Of a DNA stretch of 64,000 nt, positions 62,226 to 64,000 are shown piece after piece; the first letter of the stretch is position 1, and each line of letters starts with the position of its first letter. A model generated the notes under the pieces. That model did no database searches and was not told the origin of the DNA. It worked only from the letters and a program-made list of their open reading frames with translations. This DNA comes from Cyanophora paradoxa CCMP329 (taxonomy: Eukaryota > Plantae > Glaucophyta): positions 279,235-343,234 of the forward strand of contig QPMI01000029.1 in the NCBI GenBank assembly GCA_004431415.1. Reading direction: 5' to 3'. The position numbers and the translations under genes are program-made.

Positions 62226-62500
62226 GCGCGAGGCGGCCGAGATGCACCTGGTCCAGACCTTTGTGGGGTCCAACCTCGTGGCGATCCACCGCAGCCGCAC
62301 GACCGTCCAGCCCAGGGCACGCCCCTTCCCCCGCGGACGGCGGCTGACGCCGCCCGCCGCATCCGCGCGCAGGATATTCAGGTGCCCCCGCCCCTAGGCC
62401 TCTGCCCGCCGGGCGGGCTCGATCCCCGTCCTCCCCTGACCGGCGGGGCGGGCGACCGCAGCTCCGCCGCACGATCCGCGGCGAGGGCGCGTGGGGCGGG
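62226..62500 (+). pseudogene. Tandem partial duplicate of the H3-like 3' half
   Basis: REAAEMHLVQTFVGSNLVAIHRSRTTVQPR | DIQ | LRRTIRGE, with the same introns, about 660 bp downstream of copy 1. Confidence 0.75.
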
Positions 62501-63596
62501 CTCGGCGCGAGGCCTCCGGGCCGCGGCGGGCTCCGGGCCGCGGCGGGCGGCGCGCGCGACCGCGCGGAATGGAGGTTCGACGGCGGAGCGGCTTGCCAGC
62601 GGCGCGGCTCGCCGGGCGGGGCGGAGGCGCGGCGGGCGGCGGCGCGGCTCGCCGGGCGGGGCGGAGGCGCGGCGGGCGGCGGCGCGGCTCGCCGGGCGCG
62701 GCGGAGGCGCGGCGGGCGCGGCGCGAGACTATAGATTATCTTATAGATTTAACGTAAGCATGCCAGAGCTGTATTTGAATAAATGATGATCATGATCATG
62801 GCCGCGAGTTGGAGCTCGAGCCGGGGATATAGCAGCGCATATGCGTATACGTACGCATCACATGCAGTGTATGGGCCCGTGCCATGTGCATGCAGCTGCA
62901 GGCCGCGCGGGTGCAGGGCCATATCCGATCGCGACGCTCATGTGCATGCGCAATTGCAATATCAATATTAATTGCAATGCATTCCCGGAGTCCCAAGATC
63001 CCGAAGTTCCAGATATCGATCGCTGACTACACCTTCCGACTCGGCGAGCACACACCAAGATGCACAGCACTCGTGCATCTGTATATTGCATCTACTTCGC
63101 GTTCAAGAAAAAGCACAAAATCGGTACTTTCAGCACCTACATGCATGATGACGAGAGATGATCATGAGCCTTCATGTCGAGATCACGAGAGATGATGATC
63201 ATATAAAATTGATAACTGGATGGGAGTCAGATCTAGAGGTTCGATTTTATAAACCGCAATACTACTTATACGTGACAGCTGGCCGTGGATCGAAACACTG
63301 CTGCCTGCGCTGTCATGATCATGAATCTAAACGCGCAAACCTAGCTATAGAACGATAGAACGATTCCAGTCGCGCGATCGCTGTTGGAAACCCTGAATTG
63401 GATGAACAACTAAGCAATATGGACGATCATCGGATGCGAAAACTGCTAGACGGGAATCAAAACACACGCTGTCTCGTCAGGCCTAGGGGATAAGTTATTC
63501 TATCTAGATCTGCTGGATGCGAGCAGTGCTGGCTGCGCTGTGCGTGCGCTATCGAGGAGGCTGTGCTGCCGGCCGTCGTGATCATGAAGCAGCTGC

Positions 63597-64000
63597 TCAG
63601 AACTCGAAGAGGCTGCGGCGGGCGGCGGGGGCGGCGAGCGCCGCGAGCGCCGCCTTCACCTCCGCCAGCGACGCCTCGAGCTTCGCCTGGCCGGCCTTCA
63701 GCTCTGCAAGCGACGCGTCCATCTTCTCCTCCAGTTTCTCCTTCAGCTCCGCCTGGCTTGCCTCCAGCTTCTCGGTGCGCTCGTGGATGGTCTCCAGGTT
63801 GCGCGGCATATTGTCCGCCGTGTGCGCCACCTGCTCGATCGATTTGACTCAGAAAGCTGAAGATACATATCGTTCGGGGGTGTAGAGGCTCGCACCTTGA
63901 GGGGGCCGGGGGGCACAGGGTCCGGCTTCTCGTTGGCCTCGTCGTACGAGGGGTACTTGAGCTTCAGCTCTAAGGGAGCATCGGTCTTCTCCTTGGCAGC
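63597..64000 (-). CDS. 3' end of a second TRP-channel paralogue (continues beyond the window)
   Basis: Highly similar to 48887-49281, including the intron. Encodes [23 protein letters not shown]...AARRSLFEF*. Confidence 0.85.

Noticed and set aside
60391-62790. Long Arg/Pro/Gly/Ala-rich ORFs in the ORF track (here and throughout)
   Set aside because: These are shadow ORFs expected from very high GC content and unspliced introns; they have no domain signal.
1-64000. tRNA, rRNA, snRNA genes or telomeric repeats
   Set aside because: None recognised by eye; the TTAG-rich patches are irregular and intronic. A covariance-model scan would be needed to exclude small RNAs.

Overview
This is eukaryotic, very GC-rich, intron-dense nuclear DNA. 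The Phe-containing plastid-type presequence and the gene style suggest a primary-plastid alga such as the glaucophyte Cyanophora; this is inference only. Hand-spliced genes, in order: pyruvate carboxylase (-, about 36 introns); an unknown multi-pass membrane protein (+); an R2R3-MYB (-); an ABCB half-transporter (-) with a small zinc-finger element probably in a 5' intron; a plastid-type alpha/beta hydrolase (-); a class I FBPase homologue whose catalytic motifs are replaced (-); an ankyrin protein (+); a hypothetical protein (-); a coiled-coil/ankyrin/tandem-GAF protein (+); an ankyrin-TRP channel (-); an F-box/LRR-like pseudogene; a divergent, partly duplicated CenH3-like histone H3; and the 3' end of a second TRP paralogue. 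The most unusual signals are genome-level. Long introns are filled with decayed copies of their own splice junctions. These and other local repeats show a CG>CA/TG>TA conversion series that resembles RIP. GC-AG introns are frequent. A nested inverted-repeat region lies at 17.7-20.1 kb. No rRNA, tRNA or CRISPR array was found. All exon boundaries were read by eye and are approximate.
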